DNA of 64,000 nucleotides from Oligoflexales bacterium. Its GTDB lineage: Bacteria > Myxococcota_A > UBA9042 > DTJE01. Shown here piece by piece: positions 19,534 to 29,412 of this stretch (position 1 is the stretch's first letter; every line of letters starts with the position of its first letter). The notes under the pieces were generated by a model that had not been told where the DNA came from, did not search any database, and worked only from the letters and a program-made list of their open reading frames with translations. The position numbers and the translations under genes were made by a program. The DNA lies in the NCBI GenBank assembly GCA_012840965.1, contig DUVQ01000009.1, positions 10,694 through 74,693 on the forward strand, read 5' to 3'.

Positions 19534-20604
19534 TTAAGGACGTTGCCAGAAAAAGCGCCCGCGTGAAGCCCCAACCTCCAACAAGAAGCCAAAGTTAAAC
19601 TTGATACGACCAGACTCATCCGCAAGGCCTGCAGGTGGATTTAGAAACGGGCCAGCCTCCCGAAAAGCCCGCAAGGCCTCGTCATCTAGGAACGTCAGCC
19701 CTGATTGGCGCACAACCTCCAACCTGCTAATCGCCCCCTTGGCGTCCAGTTCCACGGCAACCACAGTCAGCCTATCCTTTTTGCCGTATACCTCACCGGT
19801 TGGGTCTCGCGATGCATAAAGGTCACCAGGAGACCAAGTTCCCCTGACGCCGTTTTTAACCCTTTGGAAAAAGTCCCAATATCTGAAGCTTCTGGAATTA
19901 ACCATTGTAGTTTCGCCCTCGTCGGTCACCCCAAGAAGCGCATCATCTGAACCTGAAGGGCCGGCAGTACCATAACTGCCACCATCGCCACGCCCCATCC
20001 GACCAGCAAAACCACCTCCAGCCCCTAGTGATGGGACCATCAACCTGCCAAGGGCGGCCATATCTATTTTGCCCGCCGCGGCCTTTTCCCCCTTTAGCAC
20101 GGTTTCTTGGGCATCAGGAAGCTTGCCCTCACCCGCCTTTTTTCCAGCCCCAGCGACCGCGTCGCCATCAGTCCCTTCATCACCTGGCGCCACTTTTGCA
20201 TCCGGACGCGCCCTATCACCCGGCGCCCCAGGCTTACCGGGGCTAGCAGCCGGCCTGCCCCTATGGCGCGACCGCTGTTCCTTTTTTACTTTGGTGTCAT
20301 ATTTGCTTAAAAAGCGGGCATGTTCCGGAACTTCTTCGACGGCAGGCTTTGGGATGTCAACAATCTGCCCGTCCGCCACTTCCTGTCTGGCCTTTTTGGC
20401 TTGCTCAGCCTCGGCCTTCTCCTTGGCCTCCTGGGCACGCTCCAGCACCCTCAAGCGGACTGCCTGCTTGGCCTCTTGTTCAACTTTGGCAGGTGGAGGT
20501 TCAACATTAAGCAGCAGTACGAATAAAAGCAGGTGGAGCAATGCTGAAACGGCAATGCCCCATACAATCTGTCGAGAGCTAGATTTGTCGCGCATCTCGA
20601 TCAT
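19534..20604 (-). CDS. TonB/TolA-family energy transducer
   Basis: N-terminal TM with SALLH, low-complexity linker, C-terminal SGLTFLDDEALRAFREAGPFLNPP. Confidence 0.85.
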   Translation of the reverse strand: MIEMRDKSSSRQIVWGIAVSALLHLLLFVLLLNVEPPPAKVEQEAKQAVRLRVLERAQEAKEKAEAEQAKKARQEVADGQIVDIPKPAVEEVPEHARFLSKYDTKVKKEQRSRHRGRPAASPGKPGAPGDRARPDAKVAPGDEGTDGDAVAGAGKKAGEGKLPDAQETVLKGEKAAAGKIDMAALGRLMVPSLGAGGGFAGRMGRGDGGSYGTAGPSGSDDALLGVTDEGETTMVNSRSFRYWDFFQRVKNGVRGTWSPGDLYASRDPTGEVYGKKDRLTVVAVELDAKGAISRLEVVRQSGLTFLDDEALRAFREAGPFLNPPAGLADESGRIKFNFGFLLEVGASRGRFFWQRP

Positions 20605-20612
20605 CCTGGCAG

Positions 20613-21023
20613 CTATTGAGCCTCATCAGGCAAGTGCTCAAGGGCCGCCGCAAAGTTTTTCACACCCAGTCCCCTTAAAGTATCAATTAGGCCCATCACC
20701 TGCCCATATTCTACAGTCCGGTCTGCATCAATAACGGCCATGGCAGACGGATTTTCTTCCAAAATCGCGGGTATTCGCGCCTTAATCTGGTCGATATCCA
20801 TAATCTCGTCATTCAACATGAACTGGCCATCAGAAGAAACTCGAAAAGCCAAGGAACTTTCAGCAAGTTCATCACCAGTACTACCTTCTGGCAACTGCAC
20901 CTCAAACCCCTTTCGAGTTATATAAGTTGCTGTAACCATGAATATAATCAACAAAACCAACATAACGTCGACCATCGGCGTCACGTTGATCTCAGTAATC
21001 ATTCTACGTTTTTCCAGCCCCAC
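20613..21023 (-). CDS. exbD: ExbD/TolR biopolymer transport protein
   Basis: EINVTPMVDVMLVLLIIFMVT; IDADRTVEYGQV. Confidence 0.92.
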   Translation of the reverse strand: MGLEKRRMITEINVTPMVDVMLVLLIIFMVTATYITRKGFEVQLPEGSTGDELAESSLAFRVSSDGQFMLNDEIMDIDQIKARIPAILEENPSAMAVIDADRTVEYGQVMGLIDTLRGLGVKNFAAALEHLPDEAQ

Positions 21024-21228
21024 AATAGCTTCTCCGCAAACACGGCAATCATACTATCTATTCGATTACTCAATGGTCAAGGTCTTGGCTAAAACAGGTC
21101 CTATCTCGTACCCTAAGACACTCACTCAAATTGCTTTGCCCATGTAGACTGCTTTCTCGATAATGGAGTACACTAGTGAAGGTGGAGCAGTGAGCATTAG
21201 GGTTTTCGGCGTGTTAGAAGGAGGCTTT

Positions 21229-22158
21229 ATGAATCTTATCACTGCAGAATGGCGGTTTTTGACCCTTGCGATCACTGTTCTCGGCGCGGCGCTCTTTTTG
21301 GGGTGTGACGCTGTTGGACAGGGGGAAGAACCGGACGGGGATGCTAATTCGAGGCAGGTTGACGCGGTCGTCGAAGCTCCTCCACTTGAGGGAGGTTCCA
21401 ACAACGCCGAGGACCGAGTTGACCTTGATTCAACTGGGAATCTACGACGTACAAACCCTGAGGTGAGCTTGGAGGATCCCAAGCCATCAGATGCCTCGCA
21501 GGATGATGCGGACGAGCCTGAGTCTGACCCTTTGGATCCTGAAACACCGGCGGATACCTCGACTGACGATGGGGACGTTGAAAGGCTTTGTGAAAAGACT
21601 GAGTGTTGTTTCGACGTGGCCATAGATCCGGCCCCCGTCTCGCTCTCGCCCTTCCAGATTCAGCGGGTGACCGAGTCGGCTTACCCAGTGCCAGATGGGG
21701 TTCCTCTGGAGAGTGACCTTCTACTAATCAGGGCAAAGTGGCGCGACGTCTTCGCGGATCCTTCGAGTGGGGTCTGTCAAACGCCCTGTGGTGGACACTG
21801 TGTGCCGTCGGGGGGAAAGGTTTATTTGGTGGACACTCGGACCGACGCGGTACGGTTCGTAGGGGACGAGGACACCGAGACCTGGAAGAGCTGGGGGCCA
21901 GCTATTGTTCACACTCCCACCATCTATGGGTATGAAGTGGAGCTTGATGACGGGAAGCTGTACTACTTCAATTCAACGGACAACGCATGGCAAGAGCCGG
22001 CTGCGGGCAACGGGACAGTACGCCCCTGGGCGGTATGTTTTCTGACGGTGGGGCGAAACGGTCGCTGCATTCATTTCCCACTTACAGCCGATCCAGGCCC
22101 GTGCCCCCTAGATGTGCCAGAGTACTTGATGTCTGGTGGCCAATGCCCCACTTTCTAA
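21229..22158 (+). CDS. Hypothetical lipoprotein
   Basis: AGGAGG RBS, LFLGC lipobox, acidic linker, Cys-containing C-terminal region. Confidence 0.7.
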   Translation: MNLITAEWRFLTLAITVLGAALFLGCDAVGQGEEPDGDANSRQVDAVVEAPPLEGGSNNAEDRVDLDSTGNLRRTNPEVSLEDPKPSDASQDDADEPESDPLDPETPADTSTDDGDVERLCEKTECCFDVAIDPAPVSLSPFQIQRVTESAYPVPDGVPLESDLLLIRAKWRDVFADPSSGVCQTPCGGHCVPSGGKVYLVDTRTDAVRFVGDEDTETWKSWGPAIVHTPTIYGYEVELDDGKLYYFNSTDNAWQEPAAGNGTVRPWAVCFLTVGRNGRCIHFPLTADPGPCPLDVPEYLMSGGQCPTF

Positions 22159-22225
22159 ATGAACCCCTAAGAACCTTCACATCAAGCAAAGCATCAGCAA
22201 CGTGGTGCCAATACCTAGGACAAGG

Positions 22226-23391
22226 TTACTGCTCTACTTGATCTCTCAAATCAAGCAAAACCTGAATGTACTCGTCAGGTAGGTCGGCGTGTATGTCGTG
22301 GGCAGACTTAAAGTCCCCTATATATTTGCCATTTGGTATTAAATCCACAACTCTTTGAGCATCTATTTCGTCCATAGCGGCTAGAAGAACGTCGTTTCCA
22401 TCGTAATATCCGGGTGCAGTTACCTCATTAGGTGCTACATGCATCACAACTGTAGGCGACTTGATGCTTTTCAGGGTTTCTTCTTGGTCAAATCCAGCAA
22501 ACCATGAAAAATCATAAAAAGTCACTCCGAATCTCAAATCATAATTGCCTGACCCGTCCTGCATATTCGCATTCAAGGCATAAAGGGCGTTTATCCCAAG
22601 CTTGGGTGGGTAGTACCATATTTTGGGTATTTCCCCGGGATGTTTATCCAAATACCTCAATGCCGGGGCTTTTACCAACTGATTCCAGGCTTGTGGATGC
22701 TGGGCGTCAAAGACTTCCTGCATGTAGTCATTTTCTAGCGAAAACTGCATGAATGTATCTATCTCACTTTGATTCAGATAGTCATACATGTTCTTAAACC
22801 CTAGCCACGCAATTGTTTTTTCCGCCCTTCCAGGTAGGGTTGAAAAGAAAGGACCATCCTCCAAAACAGTCGCAATGATGTGGTCAGGTCTGTTGGCAGA
22901 AACATAAGCGGCAAGCAATGCTCCCGAGGAGTGCCCCGAAATATAGACCTTGTCCTTAATCACGTTTTCGATGAACCATATTATGTCGTTTCCTATTGTG
23001 ACCGCGTTGTATTTATCGCGTTGTATTTATCAGGATTCTTGGATGATTTTCCGTGCCCATAGTAGTCAAGGGCGTAAACATGAAAATGTTCTGATAGCCT
23101 TGGCAGTACTTTTGCGTAATCGTAGCAGTCGACCTGTTGCCCATGAAGTAAAAGGAGTTTTGGTCCGTTGTTTGGGCCCTCAATGTAATAAATCTCCAAA
23201 CCACCTTCTAACCTGGCCATGTCTTCGGTAAAACCTAGTTTGTATCCACTTTCTTCTAAAAAACTTGCGTTTAGGTAGTCGAAATTCAAATTCCTGTACG
23301 CAAAAACGCAAACGGCCATTGTTACTGCTAGAGCGACTATTCCAACTGCTACGGCGAGCTTAAACTTCATAGCTTTCGTCGATTTTGCCAA
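22226..23391 (-). pseudogene. Alpha/beta hydrolase split by a 14-bp tandem duplication
   Basis: ORF 22993-23391 (TM, LLLHGQ, ALDYYGHGKS) and ORF 22226-22963 (GHSSG nucleophile, AHDIH) join in frame if one copy of cgcgttgtatttat (23003-23016 / 23017-23030) is removed. Confidence 0.9.
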
Positions 23392-23429
23392 AACAGCACC
23401 TTCAAAGCCGACATCAGAGTTGATCAGCT

Positions 23430-23981
23430 TTAATGTTCCTTTCTTCTACGTAAGGATCGATGCATCTTTAAAACCTCGCCAAAGGCTATTTGGCGATCAA
23501 ATGCCTCTGCTATGCTGTATCCTTCTAGCTGTACCAAAAACGCCCTGATGATTCCGGCGTGTGTTACCACCAAAACGTTTTGTGATTCAACGTTTGGCAA
23601 ATCAGCAATGAAGTCGTCAACTCGTTTTGTCATTTGTACGTAGGATTCGCCTTGTGGGGTCGGCACATTGACGTAATCGTCAAACCATCGTTTTCCAGCC
23701 TCTTGGGCGTAGATGTCGTCCCATTTTACCCTTTCCCACTTGCCAAAACTGTATTCTGTTATGCGCTTGTCTATGATGACGTTTTTTGAAAATGCTTCTG
23801 CCAAACGCGTGCATCGCGTGAGCGGGCTGCTGTAGACCTTGCTAAAGGCCACCCCTTCTAGCTGTTTTTTTACAGCCTCCAACTCCTGCTCAAAGCTGTC
23901 AGCAAGCCCAACATCTGTATTGCCGTAACAAATGCCTTTTGGCATGGAAACGCTGGTATGACGAAGCAAATATAAGGCCAC
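23430..23981 (-). CDS. cobC: Alpha-ribazole phosphatase (histidine phosphatase family)
   Basis: LLRHT, GICYG, YSSPLTRC, EYSFGKWE, VVTHAGIIR; follows cobS. Confidence 0.88.
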   Translation of the reverse strand: MALYLLRHTSVSMPKGICYGNTDVGLADSFEQELEAVKKQLEGVAFSKVYSSPLTRCTRLAEAFSKNVIIDKRITEYSFGKWERVKWDDIYAQEAGKRWFDDYVNVPTPQGESYVQMTKRVDDFIADLPNVESQNVLVVTHAGIIRAFLVQLEGYSIAEAFDRQIAFGEVLKMHRSLRRRKEH

Positions 23982-24013
23982 AGCTGGATAAGACCCTTAA
24001 AGAAGGCGACCCA

Positions 24014-24775
24014 TTATACCCACACAGCGATGGCTGCATATGCTAGATAGAAGGCTATTTCGTTGAATTGCTGCATGGCTCCCAATACATCACCGGTAAA
24101 GCCACCAATTCTTTTTTCGATGTATCGCTTCAAGACTATGTAAATCAAGGCGAATATGGGGAGAATTGCTAACATTATTTTCCAATTCAAAAAAACCAAA
24201 GGAACGGCTGCCAAAACTGCAGCAATAACTATCGTCGCAGTATCAGGCTTGCGTCGAGTATGCCCCGCCTTGCTGTTTTCGACGCGTGCGTATTGCGAGT
24301 TTCTGATCATCAAAATGGGGGTAAACCTGCTTGTGGAGTGAGCCGCCACCAGCACCCAGGGAAGCTGTGACGACGATATAGAAACAAAAAGCGAAAACTT
24401 AAGTAAAAACGCCAGGATCAAAGCCATGACGCCGTACGCTCCAGAACGGCTATCCTTCATTATTTCCAGGATTCTTTCTTTGGTATAGCCACCTCCAAAA
24501 CCATCGAAAAAGTCAGCAAAACCGTCCTCGTGCAAGGCCCCTGTCGCAAGGATCATTGCTGCCAAAGCTGCAACGGCCGCAACTGATTGTGGAAGACGCA
24601 AGGCCAAAGCAAATAAGGCAAAAACCACCGCCGCCAAACCACCAACAATAATTCCCACCAAAGGAAAGTAGCGTAATGCCGGCGTAAGTTTTTCCTCGCA
24701 AAAATCAATCTGCCCCACCGGAATGCGAGAATAGTACTGTAAGGCGTGAAGAAATAAACTAAATTCCTGCTTCAT
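24014..24775 (-). CDS. cobS: Adenosylcobinamide-GDP ribazoletransferase
   Basis: TGALHEDGFADFFDGFGGG, LEIMKDSRSGAYG, GGFTGDVLGA. Start at 24775 or 24796/24799. Confidence 0.95.
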   Translation of the reverse strand: MKQEFSLFLHALQYYSRIPVGQIDFCEEKLTPALRYFPLVGIIVGGLAAVVFALFALALRLPQSVAAVAALAAMILATGALHEDGFADFFDGFGGGYTKERILEIMKDSRSGAYGVMALILAFLLKFSLFVSISSSQLPWVLVAAHSTSRFTPILMIRNSQYARVENSKAGHTRRKPDTATIVIAAVLAAVPLVFLNWKIMLAILPIFALIYIVLKRYIEKRIGGFTGDVLGAMQQFNEIAFYLAYAAIAVWV

Positions 24776-25796
24776 GCTTTCTATCAATTTGCTCATCACA
24801 AACTTCTGCTTCGTCGAAGCTTGCCATTTGGTTCAAGAAATTAACCGCAGATTCCAAAATTGGGTAGGCAACCGCAACGCCTGTGCCTTCGCCCAAACGT
24901 AAATCAAGGTGCAGTATCGGGTCGGCCTTCATGTATTCAAGCATGTGGCGGTGTCCTGGCTCGTTGGATGAGTGGCAATAGATAACATTATCCAACACAT
25001 CGGGCTGCATGTTGTAGGCCGCCAAAAAGCCGGAAGTTGCGATAAACCCGTCTGCCAGAATCGTCATATTCAATCGTCTGGCCTCTATAACCCCACCACA
25101 AATCATGGCTATTTCCAGTCCGCCAAACGTTGCCAGCGTTTCAATTGGCGTTTTTGGGTCATATTTTTCAGCTACTTGGCTCAAAATCCGACATTTGCGT
25201 TCCATTCCGTCGGCCTTAAGCCCGGTACCAGGTCCAACACAATCGCGAAGTGGTATGCCCGCGATTTTATGTAGTAACAACGACGCTGACGACGTGTTAC
25301 CGATGCCCATTTCACCAAATCCTATTACATTGCAGCCTCGATTAAACTCCTCTTGCACACACTGCGCACCGGTTTCAATCGCCTTTTGACATAGTTCGAT
25401 TGACATTGCTGGTGCGTGCATCATGTTTTGCGTGCCACGAGCCAACTTGTGATTCTCAACGTTTGTGCCTTCAGGAAAGTCGTAATCAACACCAGCATCA
25501 ATGACTCTAAGGTGGATGCCGTGTTGGCGTGTGAACACATTTATTCCAGCACCACCTTGCACAAAATTCATGACCATTTGCCAGGTAACTTCTTTGGAAT
25601 AAGCGCTGACACCTTCATCGACTATGCCGTGGTCGGCAGCAAAAGTCAGAATTGCGGGTTTTCTTAACTCGGGTGTCGAGCTGTTTTGGATTATGCCAAT
25701 TTTCAAAGCCAATTCTTCTAATTTCCCCAGAGATCCCAAGGGCTTGGTCCGGGTGTCTATTTTCCTTTGCAATTCTTGTCTTATCATTTCCTGCAC
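24759..25796 (-). CDS. cobT: Nicotinate-nucleotide--dimethylbenzimidazole phosphoribosyltransferase
   Basis: TKPLGSLGKLE, FAADHG, GEMGIGNTSSA, GGLEIA, LRLGEGTG. Confidence 0.96.
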   Translation of the reverse strand: MQEMIRQELQRKIDTRTKPLGSLGKLEELALKIGIIQNSSTPELRKPAILTFAADHGIVDEGVSAYSKEVTWQMVMNFVQGGAGINVFTRQHGIHLRVIDAGVDYDFPEGTNVENHKLARGTQNMMHAPAMSIELCQKAIETGAQCVQEEFNRGCNVIGFGEMGIGNTSSASLLLHKIAGIPLRDCVGPGTGLKADGMERKCRILSQVAEKYDPKTPIETLATFGGLEIAMICGGVIEARRLNMTILADGFIATSGFLAAYNMQPDVLDNVIYCHSSNEPGHRHMLEYMKADPILHLDLRLGEGTGVAVAYPILESAVNFLNQMASFDEAEVCDEQIDRKHEAGI

Positions 25797-26018
25797 CCTT
25801 AAAAAATCAGCAGAAGCAGCTAATCAAGCCTCAGATTGGGGCCATTCTAATTGGCTTTTGAATAAAGACAAGGTTGCAAGGACGCGAAAGCGCCACCGTC
25901 TAATTGATGTCAAAGGTTCACAATTATGGCTATGATCCTGGGATAAATTGAGAAAATTCCTGAACTGGTCAAGAATAGGCACCTTGGGCGTTGTCGGCAA
26001 AAGTTTATTTTTGAGCGT

Positions 26019-26876
26019 GTGATGATAGGTAAATTTGGTTCCGCTTTAGGTGTGATTTTCAGAGGTGTTGGGCAAGTAATGCTTCAAGAAAATGCTTTGA
26101 CTGGTCTGCTGTTGCTGGTCGGCATTTTTTATGGCTCGATTTCCATGGGCCTTGCAGCGCTTTTGGCCACTGTTTGTGGCTCACTGACCGCTCGTGCACT
26201 TGGCTTTGGTAATGCCAACTTGCGCAAGGGGCTGTATGGGTTTAGCGCCGCACTGGTCGGAGTGGCGGTGATGCTTTTCTTGCGGCCGTCGCTTGTCGCT
26301 TGGGCCATTGTGATTGTTGGCGCTGCGTTAGCGGCCGTCCTCCAGCACCTTTTCATAAAGCTCAAAATCCCGGCGTTCACCCTGCCGTTTGTTTTGGTGA
26401 CGTGGCTCATCCTCTTTGTTTGCAGAACTTTTTGCGCCGATCTGTTGGCTGTCCCGACGCCAGCTTTGGCTAACTCGTGGGATTCCTTGGCTGACGGCTT
26501 TAAAGGCTTTGGTCAGGTGATTTTTCAGCCAAGCCTAGTGTCAGGTTTGCTTTTCTTTTTGGCAGTGTTTATAAGTTCGCCCATAGCAGCGCTGTACGGT
26601 CTTTTTGGTGCCATTGTATCTGCAATGTTGGCCTTTGCCTTCGCGGCACCCATCACAGATATAAACCTTGGCATCTATGGATTCAACGCGGTCCTTTGTT
26701 CGCTGGTATTTGCTGGAAATCGTGTAAGGGACGGCTTTTGGGTCTTGATCGCGGTACTGCTGTCGCTTGCCATAAGCCTGCTGATGATGCGTTTGCAGTT
26801 AACACAACTGACCTTCCCGTTTGTGCTTGCCACTTGGATTACCTTGTTGCTTAAGCGACTGCTGCCGAAGTCATAA
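26019..26876 (+). CDS. Urea transporter (UT family)
   Basis: Internal duplication GVGQVMLQ / GFGQVIFQ, GLYGFS / GIYGFN, TLPFV / TFPFV; very hydrophobic. Confidence 0.92.
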   Translation: MMIGKFGSALGVIFRGVGQVMLQENALTGLLLLVGIFYGSISMGLAALLATVCGSLTARALGFGNANLRKGLYGFSAALVGVAVMLFLRPSLVAWAIVIVGAALAAVLQHLFIKLKIPAFTLPFVLVTWLILFVCRTFCADLLAVPTPALANSWDSLADGFKGFGQVIFQPSLVSGLLFFLAVFISSPIAALYGLFGAIVSAMLAFAFAAPITDINLGIYGFNAVLCSLVFAGNRVRDGFWVLIAVLLSLAISLLMMRLQLTQLTFPFVLATWITLLLKRLLPKS

Positions 26877-27018
26877 GGGACGTTTAATTCAACCCAAAAA
26901 ACCGGCTGGCTAGGTTGCCGACACCCGTTTAATCCTATAACATCCGTATTTCAGACAGGAGAAACCTGATTTAGGCAGACACTGATAAATACAGGTTTTT
27001 AGACTGGAGGGATATAAC

Positions 27019-28671
27019 ATGAATCGAACAACCTTTTGGAAGCTATATTTTGTGACAATTCTTAGCGTTCCAATCTTGGCAGTGTCCTGTGCATCTTCAA
27101 GCGACACCCCCACCGACCTGCCAGATTCTGTGTCCGATGTTGGGCAGGATACAAACGATAAGGATGTGCCGACGGGCGACGCGGATGTGACGGATGACAC
27201 AGTGGCGCCGGGTGACATAAGCCCCGCGGATGCTACTGACGACACAGATTTAACAGGAGACGCGGATGTGGCCGATGATGCTGATGTGACGGGCGACAAT
27301 GAAACGATTGACGATACAGATGACGGCTTCACAGACGATCAGCTGGACAAGTGCCTGACTTGTGCTCCTGGCGATCAGGTCCTGCCACATCTAGCCGTAA
27401 GTGGGTCCTCAAACGTTTGGCTATCCTGGTTTTCATCCACCAGCACAGGCTTCGACATGTACTTGCAGCTGATGGATAAGGACGGTAAGCCAAAACTTGA
27501 CGCCAATGGCTTATTGGTCAGCGACCACCCGTCCGCAACTTGGGTCATGGACTATGGGCTTGCATCCGACAATGAAGGCAACGCCATACTTGCCTTTAGC
27601 GACATGCGCGTCGCAAACCGCCTGACGCTTCGTGCTTACAAGATTGCTCCTGAAGGAACATTCATGTGGGGCGATGACGGCATCGCGCTTTCGCTTGGGT
27701 CGGGCGAAGACATGTCTCCCACTTTGGTTGTGGCTAGCGACGGCGATGCGGTCGTGGCCTGGACTGAAAACGATGATAGGGCTGAAACTAGTATCATCCG
27801 TGTTCAGCGCATTGCCCCTGACGGAACCTTGCGGTGGCCTGAAGGGAAGACACTTACCCCCGACAATGAAAACCTGTTTGTGCGGCCCCAAGTGGTCGCC
27901 GCACCAGACGGCGGATTCATCGTTATGTGGGTGGAGACTCCAGACATGATGAGCACCGACCGAGTCATTTGGGCCCAGAAATTTGCAGCGGATGGAAGCG
28001 CCTTGTGGGACGATCCGGTAACAGTCAGTAATTCCATGGGCATCGCCTTCTATCACGCACCACTGATGGTCGCCGATGCTAGTGGCGGAGCCTTCGTGGC
28101 TTGGTTTGGGGTGGGGCAATCCGAACTCAAGGGATTCATCCAACACGTGGATTCAACAGGAGCTTTGACCATGGGGGCAGAGGGAGCCGCTTTTTCCACA
28201 TCCGAAACCACCAACCAAATCATCAGTGGTTTAGTCTTCGTACCTGAAACTGGCGGGGCTGTGGTTTCCTGGAAGGAAACGTCATTAAATCAAGATGATT
28301 GCGGCCTATATCTGCAAGCGTTTAGCGCGACCGGAACACGGCTATGGGCTGACGAAGGACTGGCCTTGGTGCCACGAACCGACACACAGGTACTGGCTGG
28401 TGCGCTGAAAGCCCACGGACAAAGCGTCATCGTGCTTTACGGGGAATGGATCTACGAAAACATCTTGGATGCTCAGATGGCGGTCGCACAAGTACCTCTT
28501 GTCGCCGAGCCTGAACCGGTTTCAACCGTGTTATGTAATCACGTAACCAGCAAGGACCATGCAACTGGAAGCGACCTTGTAAACAACGGCTTTTGGTTTG
28601 CATGGGAGGAGGTAGGGGCCAGCGAAGAAAAAGACATCTACGGCGCTTTCTGGTCGCCCACAGCCCCCTGA
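27019..28671 (+). CDS. Lipoprotein with acidic linker and propeller-like repeats
   Basis: LAVSC lipobox; repeated D..GG.FV.W...Q.....G...W units. Confidence 0.75.
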   Translation: MNRTTFWKLYFVTILSVPILAVSCASSSDTPTDLPDSVSDVGQDTNDKDVPTGDADVTDDTVAPGDISPADATDDTDLTGDADVADDADVTGDNETIDDTDDGFTDDQLDKCLTCAPGDQVLPHLAVSGSSNVWLSWFSSTSTGFDMYLQLMDKDGKPKLDANGLLVSDHPSATWVMDYGLASDNEGNAILAFSDMRVANRLTLRAYKIAPEGTFMWGDDGIALSLGSGEDMSPTLVVASDGDAVVAWTENDDRAETSIIRVQRIAPDGTLRWPEGKTLTPDNENLFVRPQVVAAPDGGFIVMWVETPDMMSTDRVIWAQKFAADGSALWDDPVTVSNSMGIAFYHAPLMVADASGGAFVAWFGVGQSELKGFIQHVDSTGALTMGAEGAAFSTSETTNQIISGLVFVPETGGAVVSWKETSLNQDDCGLYLQAFSATGTRLWADEGLALVPRTDTQVLAGALKAHGQSVIVLYGEWIYENILDAQMAVAQVPLVAEPEPVSTVLCNHVTSKDHATGSDLVNNGFWFAWEEVGASEEKDIYGAFWSPTAP

Positions 28672-28710
28672 TCTGATATAATTGGACGACTTTCATTGAA
28701 CGGAAATAAC

Positions 28711-29388
28711 ATGGAAACCCCTGTACCCGAAGAAGAAAGCGTCCAACAAATCAACTACAACAAGCTGTTCGACGGCATTCGTGGTTTCAAGGCCAACGAA
28801 CACATTCCACGTCAAGAGTTTTATGCTGAGTTGAGCAAGCACCAGAATCCGCACACCCTGTTTATTGGCTGCTCCGATTCGCGTGTTATTCCAAATCTTG
28901 TCACCAGAACAATCCCTGGTGAACTGTTTGTGGTGCGCAACATAGGCAATTTTGTGCCCTTTTATGACAGGCGTTCCGAGACTTTTGTGGCCACCTCGGC
29001 GGTAATCGAGTATGCCGTCAAGCAGCTGCAAGTAACCAATATAGTAGTCTGTGGGCACTCGAACTGTGGTGGTTGTGCCGCGCTTTACAACAGCGATAAG
29101 GACATGAGGCAGCTACCACACACCAAAAAGTGGCTTGAGCTTGCAGCACCTGTAAAAAAGATCGTCGAAGAAAAGATAGCCAAAAAGATAATTTCCATCG
29201 AAGAACGCGGCCCATACACCGAAAAAATGAACGTGGTTGTACAAATTAGCCACCTGATGAAATACCCATACATTCGCAAACTTGTAAAACAAGGCGAGCT
29301 AACTGTAATGGGCTGGTACTACGACATTGAAACAGGTGAAATCTACAGTTACGACAAGGAACTTAAAAGGTTTATTAGGGTGGAGTAG
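28711..29388 (+). CDS. Beta-class carbonic anhydrase
   Basis: FIGCSDSRV, GELFVVRNIGN, EYAV, CGHSNCGG. Confidence 0.96.
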   Translation: METPVPEEESVQQINYNKLFDGIRGFKANEHIPRQEFYAELSKHQNPHTLFIGCSDSRVIPNLVTRTIPGELFVVRNIGNFVPFYDRRSETFVATSAVIEYAVKQLQVTNIVVCGHSNCGGCAALYNSDKDMRQLPHTKKWLELAAPVKKIVEEKIAKKIISIEERGPYTEKMNVVVQISHLMKYPYIRKLVKQGELTVMGWYYDIETGEIYSYDKELKRFIRVE

Positions 29389-29412
29389 TTAGGACGGGGC
29401 AAAAAACTTTGG

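Noticed and set aside
25797-26018. Cobalamin riboswitch upstream of cobT
   Set aside because: No recognisable B12-box or conserved core by eye; an Rfam scan would settle it.
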